Shown here: piece after piece, positions 10,993 through 21,227 of the stretch | Position numbering within the stretch: the stretch's first letter is position 1 | Layout: the number at the start of each line of letters is the position of its first letter | Sequence record: PZ452578.1 | DNA length: 64,000 nt | Source of the DNA: a phage | Direction: 5' to 3' (one strand) | Made by a program: the position numbers and the translations under genes | Notes under the pieces: generated by a model | Told to the model about the DNA's origin: nothing | The model's input: the letters and a program-made list of their open reading frames with translations, nothing else | Databases searched by the model: none

Positions 10993-12411
10993 TTATGGAT
11001 AGGTATAGATGATACCAGTTTCTAAAGCAGTTTTATGAATGATGTATCCATTACGCGATTCTTGGACATCAACTTCTGGATAATCTTTCATCATCTTCTG
11101 GAGAGTGTAACGATGCAAGTAGTACTTACTATCTGGATCGTCAGTTTTCCAATCTTTACCTTCTTCGGTCATTTTTTGGATTTCATCCATAACCCACCAA
11201 CCGCACCAGATGTAAGCTGAAGTACGATGTGGAAGAGGATGAACATAAGGCAATTCACCTTCTGGTTCTGGAGCAACTTTATCAGTTACCTGAACTTGAC
11301 CTTCTGCTGTAATAGTTTTGCTATCATAATCAGTAGCAGTAACAGTTGCAGTAACTTCAATAGTTTGACTTCCAATAGATGAGGTATCAACTGTATACAC
11401 ATTAGTCGATCCTTCTACAGGAGAAGAGTCTTTCTTCCATGAATAAGTAATTTGCGCTTCTTCTGGAGCATCAGTCACATTAGCAGTAAATGTAGCCGAA
11501 GCATCTTGCTGAACATTAATAGAAGGAGGAGTCAATGTAACCTGTGGATTCATTGTCTTCTTATTAACTGTCAATGATACTTCATTTGAAGTAACTTCTT
11601 TTGCATTATAATCATCAGCAGTTACTTGGGCTACGCATTTAATTCTTTTGACTCCATTTGTAGTTGGAGTATAATTAAATGTAGAGTTAGTTTCTCCACT
11701 AACTTGAGAGTCATCTACATACCATTGATACGTAGCAGACGCTCCATCAGGTTGAGAAGCTAAGGCAGCAGTAAATTGAACTGGGGTTCCAATTACTCCA
11801 GCTGAAGGACTAGCAGGAGTTACTGCCAATGTAGTTGTCTGCGTCTTTTTATTAACAGTCAGTGATACTTCATTAGAAGTAACGCTCAGTGCATCATAAT
11901 TTGTCGCGGTTACTTGAGCTGTGCACTTGATTTTTTTAACTCCGCTTGTGTCAGGAGTGTAATTGAATGTAGCGCTAGTCGCTTCGCTCACAGGAGAATC
12001 GTCAACGTACCATTGATACGTAGCAGATGCGCCTGATGGCTGCGAAGCCAAAGCAGCGGTAAATTCAACAGCTGTTCCAATCACTCCAGCCGCAGGACTA
12101 GCAGGAGTTACGGCTAAGGTAGTCGTCTGTGTCTTATTTTTAACTGTGATAGTTGTTGTCGCTTCAGCCGTTTCCGGGCCTCCTTCAGAAAGTGTATTTG
12201 TTGCAACTACTTTAATAGTCTTTTGACCGGCAGGTCCTTTTAGTACATAACTAAAAGTTGCTTCAGCTCCATCTTGTGGAACATCATCTACAGTCCAAGC
12301 ATATGTAATAGTTCCGCCTCCAGTTTGACCACTGGGTGTAGCAGTAAACTGCTTAGTTTCATCAATAACCCCTGTCGGTGTTTTAGGAGTTATATCAACT
12401 GTAAAAGCCAT
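10993..12411 (-). CDS. hoc: Outer capsid decoration protein Hoc with four Ig-like domains
   Basis: 472 aa; repeated Ig-like modules rich in T/S/V; two adjacent modules are near-identical; position next to inh. Confidence 0.85.
   Translation of the reverse strand: MAFTVDITPKTPTGVIDETKQFTATPSGQTGGGTITYAWTVDDVPQDGAEATFSYVLKGPAGQKTIKVVATNTLSEGGPETAEATTTITVKNKTQTTTLAVTPASPAAGVIGTAVEFTAALASQPSGASATYQWYVDDSPVSEATSATFNYTPDTSGVKKIKCTAQVTATNYDALSVTSNEVSLTVNKKTQTTTLAVTPASPSAGVIGTPVQFTAALASQPDGASATYQWYVDDSQVSGETNSTFNYTPTTNGVKRIKCVAQVTADDYNAKEVTSNEVSLTVNKKTMNPQVTLTPPSINVQQDASATFTANVTDAPEEAQITYSWKKDSSPVEGSTNVYTVDTSSIGSQTIEVTATVTATDYDSKTITAEGQVQVTDKVAPEPEGELPYVHPLPHRTSAYIWCGWWVMDEIQKMTEEGKDWKTDDPDSKYYLHRYTLQKMMKDYPEVDVQESRNGYIIHKTALETGIIYTYP
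11560..12135 (-). repeat. Tandem direct repeat of about 288 bp inside hoc
   Basis: Protein segments KKTQTTTLAVTPASP...SNEVSLTVN occur twice in tandem; the two DNA copies are clearly alignable. Confidence 0.85.
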
Positions 12412-12420
12412 AAGTTATCC

Positions 12421-13101
12421 TTATTTTAATGTTACGAAAGAAGAGTTGCGTGTTTCACGAATTAAAACTGATCCATCGCGATTAATGTAATAAATTAAGC
12501 TAAATAAAGTTTGGTGTGCTGACGCATGCTCAAAACTAGTTGGGTGAGATTTCCAATCCGGAGTTTCAGCAATCCATTGATAAATCCACCAAGGAACAGT
12601 GCAGAATCCTGGATTTTTTCCAATCAACTGAAGATTCGGACTAAAGTTTTCCGGAAGAGTAAATACAGACGGCTTTTCAGATTCAATAATCTCAGCTACA
12701 GCTTGTTCGAATTTTTCTTCAACAAAAGGAGTATCTTCAATCAAAACATCGGTATTTTCAGGAATTTTATCCGTTTCTACTACTTCAATTTTAATGTCAG
12801 ATTTAACCGGAGAATCAATCAAAAGTGCTGCTTCTGGATTGACTTCTTCATCGTCATATTTTAATCCCTCTGCGGCATCAGCAGCATCAATTAAGTCTTT
12901 AATAGATAACCCATCAGTCTCTGGCATAGGTTCACTAGCGAGCTTCTGGAGGGCTTCTTCAATATCAGCAACGATATTATCAAAAGATTTATTCTTTTTG
13001 ACCTTTATACCAAACTGTTCAGCATATTCAGCTAATTTAGCTTTAGCTTCTTTGTTATCATCAAGAGCCTTCAGCTCTGCAATATAATCTTTATCTATCA
13101 T
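12421..13101 (-). CDS. inh: Inhibitor of prohead protease gp21
   Basis: 226 aa, T4 Inh length; position between hoc and uvsW. Confidence 0.8.
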   Translation of the reverse strand: MIDKDYIAELKALDDNKEAKAKLAEYAEQFGIKVKKNKSFDNIVADIEEALQKLASEPMPETDGLSIKDLIDAADAAEGLKYDDEEVNPEAALLIDSPVKSDIKIEVVETDKIPENTDVLIEDTPFVEEKFEQAVAEIIESEKPSVFTLPENFSPNLQLIGKNPGFCTVPWWIYQWIAETPDWKSHPTSFEHASAHQTLFSLIYYINRDGSVLIRETRNSSFVTLK

Positions 13102-13114
13102 AATATTTCCTCAG

Positions 13115-13122
13115 TATAAATA
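13115..13122 (+). promoter_or_regulatory. T4-type late promoter TATAAATA for uvsW
   Basis: Exact octamer about 30 nt upstream of the uvsW ATG. Confidence 0.55.
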
Positions 13123-13151
13123 TAGATATATTTATTACATGGTATTTAGAC

Positions 13152-14663
13152 ATGACTGACATTAAAGTACATTTTTATGATTTTAGTCACGTGAGAATTG
13201 ATTGTGAAGAAAGTACATTTCATGAACTCCGTGATTTCTTTAGCTTTGAAGCTGATGGGTATCGTTTTAATCCGAAGTACAAATATGGCCACTGGGATGG
13301 ACGAATCCGTCTTTTAGATTATAATCGACTTCTTCCATTTGGATTAGTCGGGCAAATTAAAAAGTTCTGTGATAACTTTGGCTATAAAGCCTGGATTGAC
13401 CCACAAATTAATGAAAAAGAAGAATTATCAAGAAAAGATTTTGATGAATGGCTTTCTAAATTAGAAATCTATTCAGGAAATAAAAGAATTGAACCACACT
13501 GGTATCAAAAAGATGCAGTGTTCGAAGGATTAGTTAATCGTCGTAGAATTCTTAATCTTCCAACATCCGCTGGTAAATCGTTAATTCAAGCTCTGCTTGC
13601 TCGGTATTATTTGGAAAATTATGAAGGTAAAATTCTTATCATTGTTCCAACAACTGCTCTGACAACTCAGATGGCTGATGACTTCGTTGACTATCGTTTA
13701 TTCAGTCATGCAATGATAAAGAAAATTGGCGGAGGAGCATCAAAAGATGATAAATATAAAAATGATGCACCAGTCGTTGTTGGTACATGGCAAACTGTAG
13801 TTAAACAACCAAAAGAATGGTTCTCACAGTTTGGAATGATGATGAATGATGAATGCCATCTTGCTACAGGAAAAAGTATTTCATCTATCATATCTGGTTT
13901 AAATAACTGTATGTTTAAATTTGGTCTATCAGGTTCATTACGTGATGGCAAAGCCAATATCATGCAGTATGTTGGAATGTTTGGTGAAATATTTAAGCCA
14001 GTAACGACTTCTAAATTAATGGAAGATGGGCAAGTAACTGAGCTAAAAATTAATAGTATTTTTCTTCGCTATCCCGATGAGTTCACTACTAAATTAAAGG
14101 GAAAAACTTATCAAGAAGAAATAAAAATTATTACTGGGCTTAGTAAAAGAAATAAATGGATCGCTAAATTAGCTATTAAGCTTGCGCAAAAAGATGAAAA
14201 CGCTTTTGTCATGTTTAAACATGTATCACATGGTAAAGCTATTTTCGATTTAATTAAAAATGAATACGATAAAGTTTATTACGTATCAGGGGAAGTTGAT
14301 ACCGAAACCCGCAATATAATGAAAACCTTAGCTGAAAACGGTAAAGGAATAATTATAGTAGCTAGTTATGGTGTATTTTCTACAGGTATTTCAGTTAAAA
14401 ATCTGCACCACGTTGTTTTAGCACACGGTGTTAAATCAAAAATCATTGTATTACAAACAATCGGTCGTGTATTACGTAAGCATGGTTCTAAGACAATAGC
14501 AACAGTCTGGGACCTCATAGATGATTGTGGTGTTAAGCCAAAATCTGCTAATACGAAAAAGAAATATGTTCATTTGAACTATCTTTTAAAACACGGCATT
14601 GATCGTATTCAGCGCTACGCAGATGAAAAATTTAATTACGTAATGAAAACAGTTAATTTATAA
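13152..14663 (+). CDS. uvsW: UvsW DNA/RNA helicase (SF2)
   Basis: 503 aa; Walker A-like TSAGKS and DECH box visible. Confidence 0.9.
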   Translation: MTDIKVHFYDFSHVRIDCEESTFHELRDFFSFEADGYRFNPKYKYGHWDGRIRLLDYNRLLPFGLVGQIKKFCDNFGYKAWIDPQINEKEELSRKDFDEWLSKLEIYSGNKRIEPHWYQKDAVFEGLVNRRRILNLPTSAGKSLIQALLARYYLENYEGKILIIVPTTALTTQMADDFVDYRLFSHAMIKKIGGGASKDDKYKNDAPVVVGTWQTVVKQPKEWFSQFGMMMNDECHLATGKSISSIISGLNNCMFKFGLSGSLRDGKANIMQYVGMFGEIFKPVTTSKLMEDGQVTELKINSIFLRYPDEFTTKLKGKTYQEEIKIITGLSKRNKWIAKLAIKLAQKDENAFVMFKHVSHGKAIFDLIKNEYDKVYYVSGEVDTETRNIMKTLAENGKGIIIVASYGVFSTGISVKNLHHVVLAHGVKSKIIVLQTIGRVLRKHGSKTIATVWDLIDDCGVKPKSANTKKKYVHLNYLLKHGIDRIQRYADEKFNYVMKTVNL

Positions 14664-14676
14664 GGGCTTCGGCCCT

Positions 14677-14919
14677 TTGGAGAAAAAGATGTTACTAGAA
14701 TTTAAACAATTTCTTTATGAAGCTTCTATTGATGAATTTATGGGTAAAATTGCCTCTTGTCAAACATTAGAAGGTTTAGAAGAACTTGAAGCTTATTATA
14801 AGAAAAGAGTCAAAGAAACTGAATTAAAAGATACTGATGACATCTCTGTGAGAGATGCTTTGGCAGGAAAAAGAGCTGAATTAGAAGATTCAGACGATGA
14901 AGTAGAAGAAAGCTTTTAA
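14677..14919 (+). CDS. Small acidic protein downstream of uvsW (T4 uvsW.1 position)
   Basis: 80 aa ORF with an RBS; a GGGCTTCGGCCC hairpin lies between uvsW and this ORF. Confidence 0.75.
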   Translation: MEKKMLLEFKQFLYEASIDEFMGKIASCQTLEGLEELEAYYKKRVKETELKDTDDISVRDALAGKRAELEDSDDEVEESF

Positions 14920-14974
14920 ATTAAAAAAGGCCCAACCAAAAAGGAAGGGCCAAAACTATAGACTAAAGGTCACA

Positions 14975-15140
14975 CTATAGCAAAAGTTGTGTTTCATTTA
15001 ATTGTTCTTCCGAACTTTCTGAAACTGGTAGTTCTTTAATGTAATTATAGCAAGGCCCAGGATGTACAGGACCTTTGTCTGTTTCAACAACCAATGCAGA
15101 ATCGATTGGAGTTTTACAGACAACACAAATCTTATCTGAC
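14975..15140 (-). pseudogene. Frameshifted small ORF (T4 uvsY.-2 position)
   Basis: ATG at 15140 with a GAGGAGA RBS and a late promoter upstream; frame stops after 8 codons (MSDKICVL), while the adjacent frame continues 49 codons to TAG at 14975 without an ATG. Confidence 0.4.
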
Positions 15141-15165
15141 ATGATTGTCTCCTCTGAATTATATA

Positions 15166-15173
15166 TCTATTTA
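15166..15173 (-). promoter_or_regulatory. T4-type late promoter TATAAATA (minus strand)
   Basis: Reverse complement of TATTTATA; 25 nt upstream of the ATG at 15140. Confidence 0.55.
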
Positions 15174-15265
15174 TAACCCCATCTTAAAACGCATTTCTTG
15201 TACACGCTTTAAACATGCTTCCATTTCTGCTAAAAGTCTAAATACTTCTTTATAATTTGTCATAT

Positions 15266-15493
15266 TTACCCCATATCTCTCATATGCATATCAATGCCCA
15301 TATCTTTAGAATAAAAATATTCATCAAGATATCCGGCAAATTTTCCTTTAATATAAAGGACATCTTCACCGCACGGGTGATCGGCCAGGATACGAATATC
15401 CTGACGCTTAAGATTATGCTTTTTCATTAAGAATTGAATTTCCGTTTCAAATTCTTCTTCATAATTAAAAGCATCATCAATACTATATCTCAT
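15266..15493 (-). CDS. Hypothetical protein (T4 uvsY.-1 position)
   Basis: 75 aa ORF immediately 3' of uvsY with ATGA-type coupling. Confidence 0.75.
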   Translation of the reverse strand: MRYSIDDAFNYEEEFETEIQFLMKKHNLKRQDIRILADHPCGEDVLYIKGKFAGYLDEYFYSKDMGIDMHMRDMG

Positions 15494-15906
15494 TATTTTC
15501 CAGCCTCAAATGCTCGCATGTCTTGAATATGCTTAATAGCAAATCCACGTGATTTAATAGCATCAAGAGCTCCGCTACAGAAATCCAATAAAATCCCCCA
15601 ATACTGTAACGAGGTATCAACCTTTAAAACATCCTTATCAGCTGATAGAACTGTCTTCATTTCTGATTTCTCGTAACGATCCATACTAAATTCATCACCA
15701 TCTCCTCGTCCCGAGTAGTAGTCTAATTTAGCTTTAAGAGCAACTTTTTTCTGTGCGTCAATTCTAAGCATTTCCTTTTTAATACTTGAATGCTTATTAA
15801 GCCATTTACTATATAACATCACATTATTAGCTGCTTCATACTGTAATTTAGTCGAATCTATAAACACATCTTTCTTCAATTCTTCTTGAAGATCTTCTAA
15901 TCTCAT
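15493..15906 (-). CDS. uvsY: UvsY recombination mediator
   Basis: 137 aa, T4 UvsY length and sequence recognised. Confidence 0.9.
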   Translation of the reverse strand: MRLEDLQEELKKDVFIDSTKLQYEAANNVMLYSKWLNKHSSIKKEMLRIDAQKKVALKAKLDYYSGRGDGDEFSMDRYEKSEMKTVLSADKDVLKVDTSLQYWGILLDFCSGALDAIKSRGFAIKHIQDMRAFEAGK

Positions 15907-15972
15907 ATTGTTCTCTATTCAATTGTTATTGGATGGACTTAGATTCATTATACCACGTTTATACGTGAAGCA

Positions 15973-16371
15973 TTATACTCTATTACTAGAAGCCAATTGC
16001 AGTTTTATCTGCTCAATATCATCGGGGTTATCGATGACCGAAAAGCGTATTTCTACTATCAGAGTATAATCATCATAAACGGGTATCACATTAACTGATA
16101 ATTTATCAATACGCGGCTCATAGTTTCTTACTGCGCTTTCGATATTGCGCTCAACTGTATCAGCAGTAAGAGGAGTCATATTTTCAAAAAGCTGGTCTGA
16201 TAAATCACATCCAAATTCAGGGTCAAACGGTCTTGAACCTTTTCTTGTTGTAATAATTCCCAAAAGACTGTTTTTAATTGACCTTAATCCAAGTGATCTG
16301 GAAACATCTTTGTTCCAATCCATTTTCATTTCCGGGTCAATATCAGAATAAAGCTTATTAATATTTGCCAT
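15973..16371 (-). CDS. 25: Baseplate wedge protein gp25
   Basis: 132 aa, T4 gp25 length; overlaps the gene 26 stop. Confidence 0.9.
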   Translation of the reverse strand: MANINKLYSDIDPEMKMDWNKDVSRSLGLRSIKNSLLGIITTRKGSRPFDPEFGCDLSDQLFENMTPLTADTVERNIESAVRNYEPRIDKLSVNVIPVYDDYTLIVEIRFSVIDNPDDIEQIKLQLASSNRV

Positions 16372-16997
16372 TATAGTAACTCAAAGAACTCTTTGAGGCC
16401 TCTTATTACGTGAGCATGGGTTTTTCCACACTCTGGACACTTAATTGGAACAGCCAAATAAACGGTAGGCTTTAAAAGCATATCTTTTATAGCTACAATA
16501 TCTGACTCTGTGATGATAGAATATAAATCTTCTAGTTCCTTTTCATTTAAGTCTTCAACTGGAATGCTTTCCCCGTTAGCATGAATCGTTTCTATACATG
16601 ATACTATCATGTGGGCTATATTTTTATCATCAAAAATTTTAGGGTATCGGAATTTAATTTTAATGTCACCCAGTGTATACCAGAGGTCTTCTGGTGCATC
16701 TATTTGTGTGTGTAATAGATTTATATGGGTTGGTATTTCAGTTCCACAGGTGCACTTCCAGGAGTTTTCGTGATTAACTTCGCCGAGAGAATGTGCCCAT
16801 AAATGAATCAACAATAGTTCTGATTCTTGGCGGTTTAAATCTTTTGCATTTGTGCAGTCTTTGATTAGCTTTTTAACAATTACTTCTACAGAACCATTAT
16901 TTTTGGCAGTAATAAGTTCTAGATATTCTTTAAGCGTGAATGCGCGACAATTGATTATTTTAGAACCAACTCTCACATCAAATTTGTATTCATACAT
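16371..16997 (-). CDS. 26: Baseplate hub protein gp26
   Basis: 208 aa, T4 gp26 length; divergent from gene 51. Confidence 0.85.
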   Translation of the reverse strand: MYEYKFDVRVGSKIINCRAFTLKEYLELITAKNNGSVEVIVKKLIKDCTNAKDLNRQESELLLIHLWAHSLGEVNHENSWKCTCGTEIPTHINLLHTQIDAPEDLWYTLGDIKIKFRYPKIFDDKNIAHMIVSCIETIHANGESIPVEDLNEKELEDLYSIITESDIVAIKDMLLKPTVYLAVPIKCPECGKTHAHVIRGLKEFFELL

Positions 16998-17018
16998 ATT
17001 TAGCTCCTTTATTTATCA

Positions 17019-17030
17019 TATTTATAAATA
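17019..17030. promoter_or_regulatory. Divergent overlapping late promoters for genes 26 (-) and 51 (+)
   Basis: TATTTATAAATA contains TATAAATA on both strands, between the two divergent start codons. Confidence 0.6.
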
Positions 17031-17047
17031 GAATAAAAGGAGCATCT

Positions 17048-17797
17048 ATGGCAAACATTATTCGTTGTAAATTACCAGATGGTGTTCATCGTTTTAAACC
17101 ATTTACGGTAGAAGATTATCGAGATTTTTTGTTAGTTCGAAACGATATAGAACATCGGTCACCACAAGAACAAAAAGAAATAATTACTGATTTAATTGAT
17201 GATTATTTTGGAGACTATCCGAAGACTTGGCAACCATTTATATTTTTGCAGGTATTTGTAGGGTCAATAGGTAAAACAAAAGTACCGGTCACATTTGTAT
17301 GTCCAAAATGTAAAAAAGAAAAGACAGTTCCATTTGAAATATATCAAAAAGAATTAAAGGAACCTGTTTTTGATGTAGCTAATGTTAAAATTAAATTAAA
17401 GTTTCCTTCTGAGTTTTATGAAAATAAAGCAAAGATGATTACTGAAAATATTCATTCTGTTCAAGTAGATGAAATATGGTATGATTGGAAGGAAATTAGT
17501 GAATCAAGCCAAATAGAACTTGTTGATGCCATCGAGATAGAAACATTAGAAAAAATTCTCGATGCAATGAATCCTATTAATTTAACTCTACATATGTCAT
17601 GCTGTAATAAGTACATTAAAAAATACACTGATATAGTAGACGTGTTTAAGCTATTAGTTAACCCAGATGAGATATTTACTTTTTATCAAATTAATCACAC
17701 ACTCGTAAAAAGTAATTATAGCTTAAATTCAATAATGAAAATGATTCCTGCCGAGCGCGGATTCGTATTAAAACTGATTGAGAAGGATAAACAATAA
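17048..17797 (+). CDS. 51: Baseplate hub assembly catalyst gp51
   Basis: 249 aa, T4 gp51 length; Cys pairs CPKC and CCNKY. Confidence 0.88.
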   Translation: MANIIRCKLPDGVHRFKPFTVEDYRDFLLVRNDIEHRSPQEQKEIITDLIDDYFGDYPKTWQPFIFLQVFVGSIGKTKVPVTFVCPKCKKEKTVPFEIYQKELKEPVFDVANVKIKLKFPSEFYENKAKMITENIHSVQVDEIWYDWKEISESSQIELVDAIEIETLEKILDAMNPINLTLHMSCCNKYIKKYTDIVDVFKLLVNPDEIFTFYQINHTLVKSNYSLNSIMKMIPAERGFVLKLIEKDKQ

Positions 17798-18969
17798 TGA
17801 GTATGTTGCAACGCCCCGGATATCCAAATCTCAGCGTTAAATTATTTGATAGCTACGACGCTTGGAGTAATAATAGATTTGTTGAATTAGCTGCTACTAT
17901 TACTACATTAACTATGCGGGATTCTCTTTATGGCCGAAATGAAGGAATGCTGCAGTTTTATGATTCTAAAAACATCCATACAAAAATGGATGGAAATGAA
18001 ATAATTCAGATTTCTGTAGCTAATGCAAATGATATTAATAATGTTAAAACACGAATTTATGGATGTAAGCATTTTTCCGTGTCAGTAGATTCAAAAGGTG
18101 ATAACATCATTGCTATTGAATTGGGAACTATTCATTCTATAGAAAATCTTAAATTTGGTAGACCATTTTTCCCTGATGCAGGTGAATCTATAAAAGAAAT
18201 GCTTGGTGTCATTTATCAGGATCGCACATTATTAACTCCAGCAATAAATGCTATAAATGCTTATGTTCCTGATATTCCATGGACTAGCACATTTGAAAAC
18301 TATTTGTCATATGTAAGAGAAGTTGCTCTAGCTGTAGGAAGCGACAAATTTGTATTTGTATGGCAAGACATCATGGGAGTTAACATGATGGACTATGATA
18401 TGATGATAAATCAAGAACCATATCCAATGATTGTCGGTGAGCCATCTTTAATAGGTCAATTTGTCCAAGAATTAAAATATCCATTAGCATATGATTTCGT
18501 TTGGTTGACTAAATCGAATCCTCACAAACGTGACCCAATGAAAAATGCTACTATCTATGCGCATTCATTTTTAGATTCTTCAATACCAATGATTACTACA
18601 GGAAAGGGTGAAAACTCTATTGTAGTGTCAAGGTCAGGTGCTTATTCTGAAATGACTTATAGGAATGGATATGAAGAAGCTATTCGTCTTCAAACTATGG
18701 CACAATATGACGGTTATGCTAAATGTTCTACTGTCGGTAATTTTAACTTGACTCCTGGCGTTAAAATTATTTTTAATGATAGTAAAAACCAATTTAAAAC
18801 AGAATTTTACGTTGATGAAGTTATCCATGAATTATCAAATAATAATTCAATAACTCATTTATATATGTTCACTAATGCAACGAAACTGGAAACAATAGAC
18901 CCAGTTAAGGTTAAAAATGAATTTAAATCTGATACTACCACTGAAGAAAGTAGTTCTTCCAATAAGTAA
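17797..18969 (+). CDS. 27: Baseplate hub subunit gp27
   Basis: 390 aa versus 391 in T4; synteny 51-27-28-29. Confidence 0.9.
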   Translation: MSMLQRPGYPNLSVKLFDSYDAWSNNRFVELAATITTLTMRDSLYGRNEGMLQFYDSKNIHTKMDGNEIIQISVANANDINNVKTRIYGCKHFSVSVDSKGDNIIAIELGTIHSIENLKFGRPFFPDAGESIKEMLGVIYQDRTLLTPAINAINAYVPDIPWTSTFENYLSYVREVALAVGSDKFVFVWQDIMGVNMMDYDMMINQEPYPMIVGEPSLIGQFVQELKYPLAYDFVWLTKSNPHKRDPMKNATIYAHSFLDSSIPMITTGKGENSIVVSRSGAYSEMTYRNGYEEAIRLQTMAQYDGYAKCSTVGNFNLTPGVKIIFNDSKNQFKTEFYVDEVIHELSNNNSITHLYMFTNATKLETIDPVKVKNEFKSDTTTEESSSSNK

Positions 18970-19450
18970 TAAAGAAGTTTCTATTCCTAAAATGGGTCTT
19001 AAACATTATAACATTTTAAAAGATGTTAAAGGCCCTGATGAAAATTTAAAACTTCTTATTGATTCTATTTGTCCGAATTTATCACCGGCAGAAGTTGATT
19101 TCGTTTCTATTCATTTATTGGAATTTAATGGAAAGATTAAATCTCGTAAAGAAATAGATGGCTATACTTATGACATTAATGATGTTTATGTGTGCCAAAG
19201 ATTAGAATTTCAATACCAAGGAAATACATTTTATTTTAGACCTCCTGGAAAATTTGAACAATTTTTAACGGTGAGCGATATGTTATCTAAATGCTTGCTT
19301 AAGGTCAACGATGAAGTTAAAGAAATTAATTTTCTTGAGATGCCAGCATTCGTTTTAAAATGGGCAAATGATATTTTTACAACTTTAGCAATTCCTGGCC
19401 CTAATGGTCCAATAACTGGAATTGGCAATATTATTGGATTATTTGAATGA
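18917..19450 (+). CDS. 28: Baseplate hub distal subunit gp28
   Basis: 177 aa, T4 gp28 length; start overlaps the 3' end of gene 27. Confidence 0.85.
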   Translation: MNLNLILPLKKVVLPISNKEVSIPKMGLKHYNILKDVKGPDENLKLLIDSICPNLSPAEVDFVSIHLLEFNGKIKSRKEIDGYTYDINDVYVCQRLEFQYQGNTFYFRPPGKFEQFLTVSDMLSKCLLKVNDEVKEINFLEMPAFVLKWANDIFTTLAIPGPNGPITGIGNIIGLFE

Positions 19451-21219
19451 AAAAGCCACAAGAAATGCAAACGATGCGTAGAAAAGTTATTTCAGATAAT
19501 AAACCAACACAGGAAGCGGCTAAATCCGCTTCCAACACTTTATCTGGACTTAACGATATATCTACGAAATTGGATGATGCTCAAGCTGCCTCTGAATTAA
19601 TAGCTCAAACTGTCGAAGAAAAATCGAATGAAATAGTTGGAGCAATTGGTAACGTAGAAAGCGCAGTGAGTGATACTACTGCCGGTTCTGAGTTAATTGC
19701 TGAAACTGTCGAAATTGGCAACAATATTAATAAAGAAATCGGTGAATCACTCGGAAGCAAATTAGATAAATTAACAAGTTTACTAGAGCAAAAAATCCAG
19801 ACAGCTGGAATTCAACAAACAGGAACTAGTTTAGCTACGGTTGAAAGCGCTATTCCCGTTAAAGTCGTTGAGGATGATACTGCTGAATCTGTGGGTCCTT
19901 TATTACCAGCTCCTGAAGCAGTTAATAATGATCCTGACGCTGATTTTTTCCCTACCCCTCAGCCAGTTGAGCCAAAGCAAGAATCACCAGAAGAAAAACA
20001 GAAAAAAGAAGCATTTAACTTAAAATTATCTCAAGCTTTAGATAAATTAACAAAGACAGTTGATTTTGGATTTAAGAAATCCATTTCAATTACTGATAAA
20101 ATATCAAGCATGCTATTTAAGTATACCGTCAGTGCTGCTATTGAAGCTGCTAAAATGACTGCAATGATATTGGCTGTTGTTGTTGGAATAGACCTGTTGA
20201 TGGTTCATTTTAAATACTGGTCAGATAAATTTTCAAAAGCCTGGGATTTATTTAATACTGACTTTACTAAATTCTCTAGCGAAACCGGAACATGGGGTCC
20301 TTTATTACAGAGCATCTTTGATTCTATTGATAAAATTAAACAACTTTGGGAAGCGGGAGATTGGGGTGGATTGACAGCAGCTATTGTTGAAGGACTCGGA
20401 AGTGTTCTTTTTAATTTAGGTGAACTTATTCAATTAGGTATGGCTAAATTATCTGCAGCAATTCTTCGAGTCATTCCTGGTATGAAGGATACTGCTGATG
20501 AAGTAGAAGGAAGAGCATTAGAAAATTTCCAAAATTCTACTGGAGCATCTCTCAATAAAGAAGACCAGGAAAAAGTTGCAAATTATCAAGATAAACGAAT
20601 GAATGGAGACCTTGGTCCGATAGCAAAAGGATTAGATAAAATTGCTAATTGGAAAACTCGTGCATCTAATTGGATTCGTGGGGTTGATAATAAAGAAGCA
20701 CTAACTACCGACGAAGAACGCGCAGCAGAAGAAGAAAAATTAAAGCAACTTTCACCTGAAGAAAGAAAAAATGCTTTAATGAAGGCTAATGAAGCCCGTG
20801 CCGCAATGATTCGCTTTGAAAAATATGCTGATTCAGCTGATATGAGTAAAGACTCAACGGTTAAATCAGTTGAAGCTGCCTATGAAGACCTTAAAAAACG
20901 GATGGATGACCCGGATTTAAATAATTCACCGGCAGTTAAAAAAGAACTTGCTGCTAGATTTTCTAAAATTGATGCTACTTATCAAGAGCTCAAGAAAAAT
21001 CAGCCTAATGCCAAACCTGAAACTTCTGCTAAATCGCCAGAAGCAAAACAAGTCCAGGTTATTGAAAAGAACAAAGCACAGCAAGCTCCTGTTCAACAAG
21101 CATCTCCTTCAATCAATAATACTAATAATGTTATTAAGAAAAATACTGTCGTTCATAATATGACACCTGTCACAAGCACAACTGCTCCTGGTGTATTTGG
21201 CGCGACTGGAGTTAATTAA
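19447..21219 (+). CDS. 29: Baseplate hub subunit and tail length determinator gp29
   Basis: 590 aa, T4 gp29 length; ATGA overlap with 28. Confidence 0.9.
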   Translation: MKKPQEMQTMRRKVISDNKPTQEAAKSASNTLSGLNDISTKLDDAQAASELIAQTVEEKSNEIVGAIGNVESAVSDTTAGSELIAETVEIGNNINKEIGESLGSKLDKLTSLLEQKIQTAGIQQTGTSLATVESAIPVKVVEDDTAESVGPLLPAPEAVNNDPDADFFPTPQPVEPKQESPEEKQKKEAFNLKLSQALDKLTKTVDFGFKKSISITDKISSMLFKYTVSAAIEAAKMTAMILAVVVGIDLLMVHFKYWSDKFSKAWDLFNTDFTKFSSETGTWGPLLQSIFDSIDKIKQLWEAGDWGGLTAAIVEGLGSVLFNLGELIQLGMAKLSAAILRVIPGMKDTADEVEGRALENFQNSTGASLNKEDQEKVANYQDKRMNGDLGPIAKGLDKIANWKTRASNWIRGVDNKEALTTDEERAAEEEKLKQLSPEERKNALMKANEARAAMIRFEKYADSADMSKDSTVKSVEAAYEDLKKRMDDPDLNNSPAVKKELAARFSKIDATYQELKKNQPNAKPETSAKSPEAKQVQVIEKNKAQQAPVQQASPSINNTNNVIKKNTVVHNMTPVTSTTAPGVFGATGVN

Positions 21220-21227
21220 GGAATAAT

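Noticed and set aside
11560-12135. Possible CRISPR array suggested by regular direct repeats
   Set aside because: The repeats are 288 bp protein-coding Ig-domain duplications inside hoc, not short repeats with unique spacers; no cas genes are present.
15171-15263. 30 aa minus-strand ORF between the frameshifted ORF and the 75 aa ORF
   Set aside because: An ATG overlaps the upstream stop, so it could be translationally coupled, but it is very short and I have no independent support, so it is not listed as a feature.
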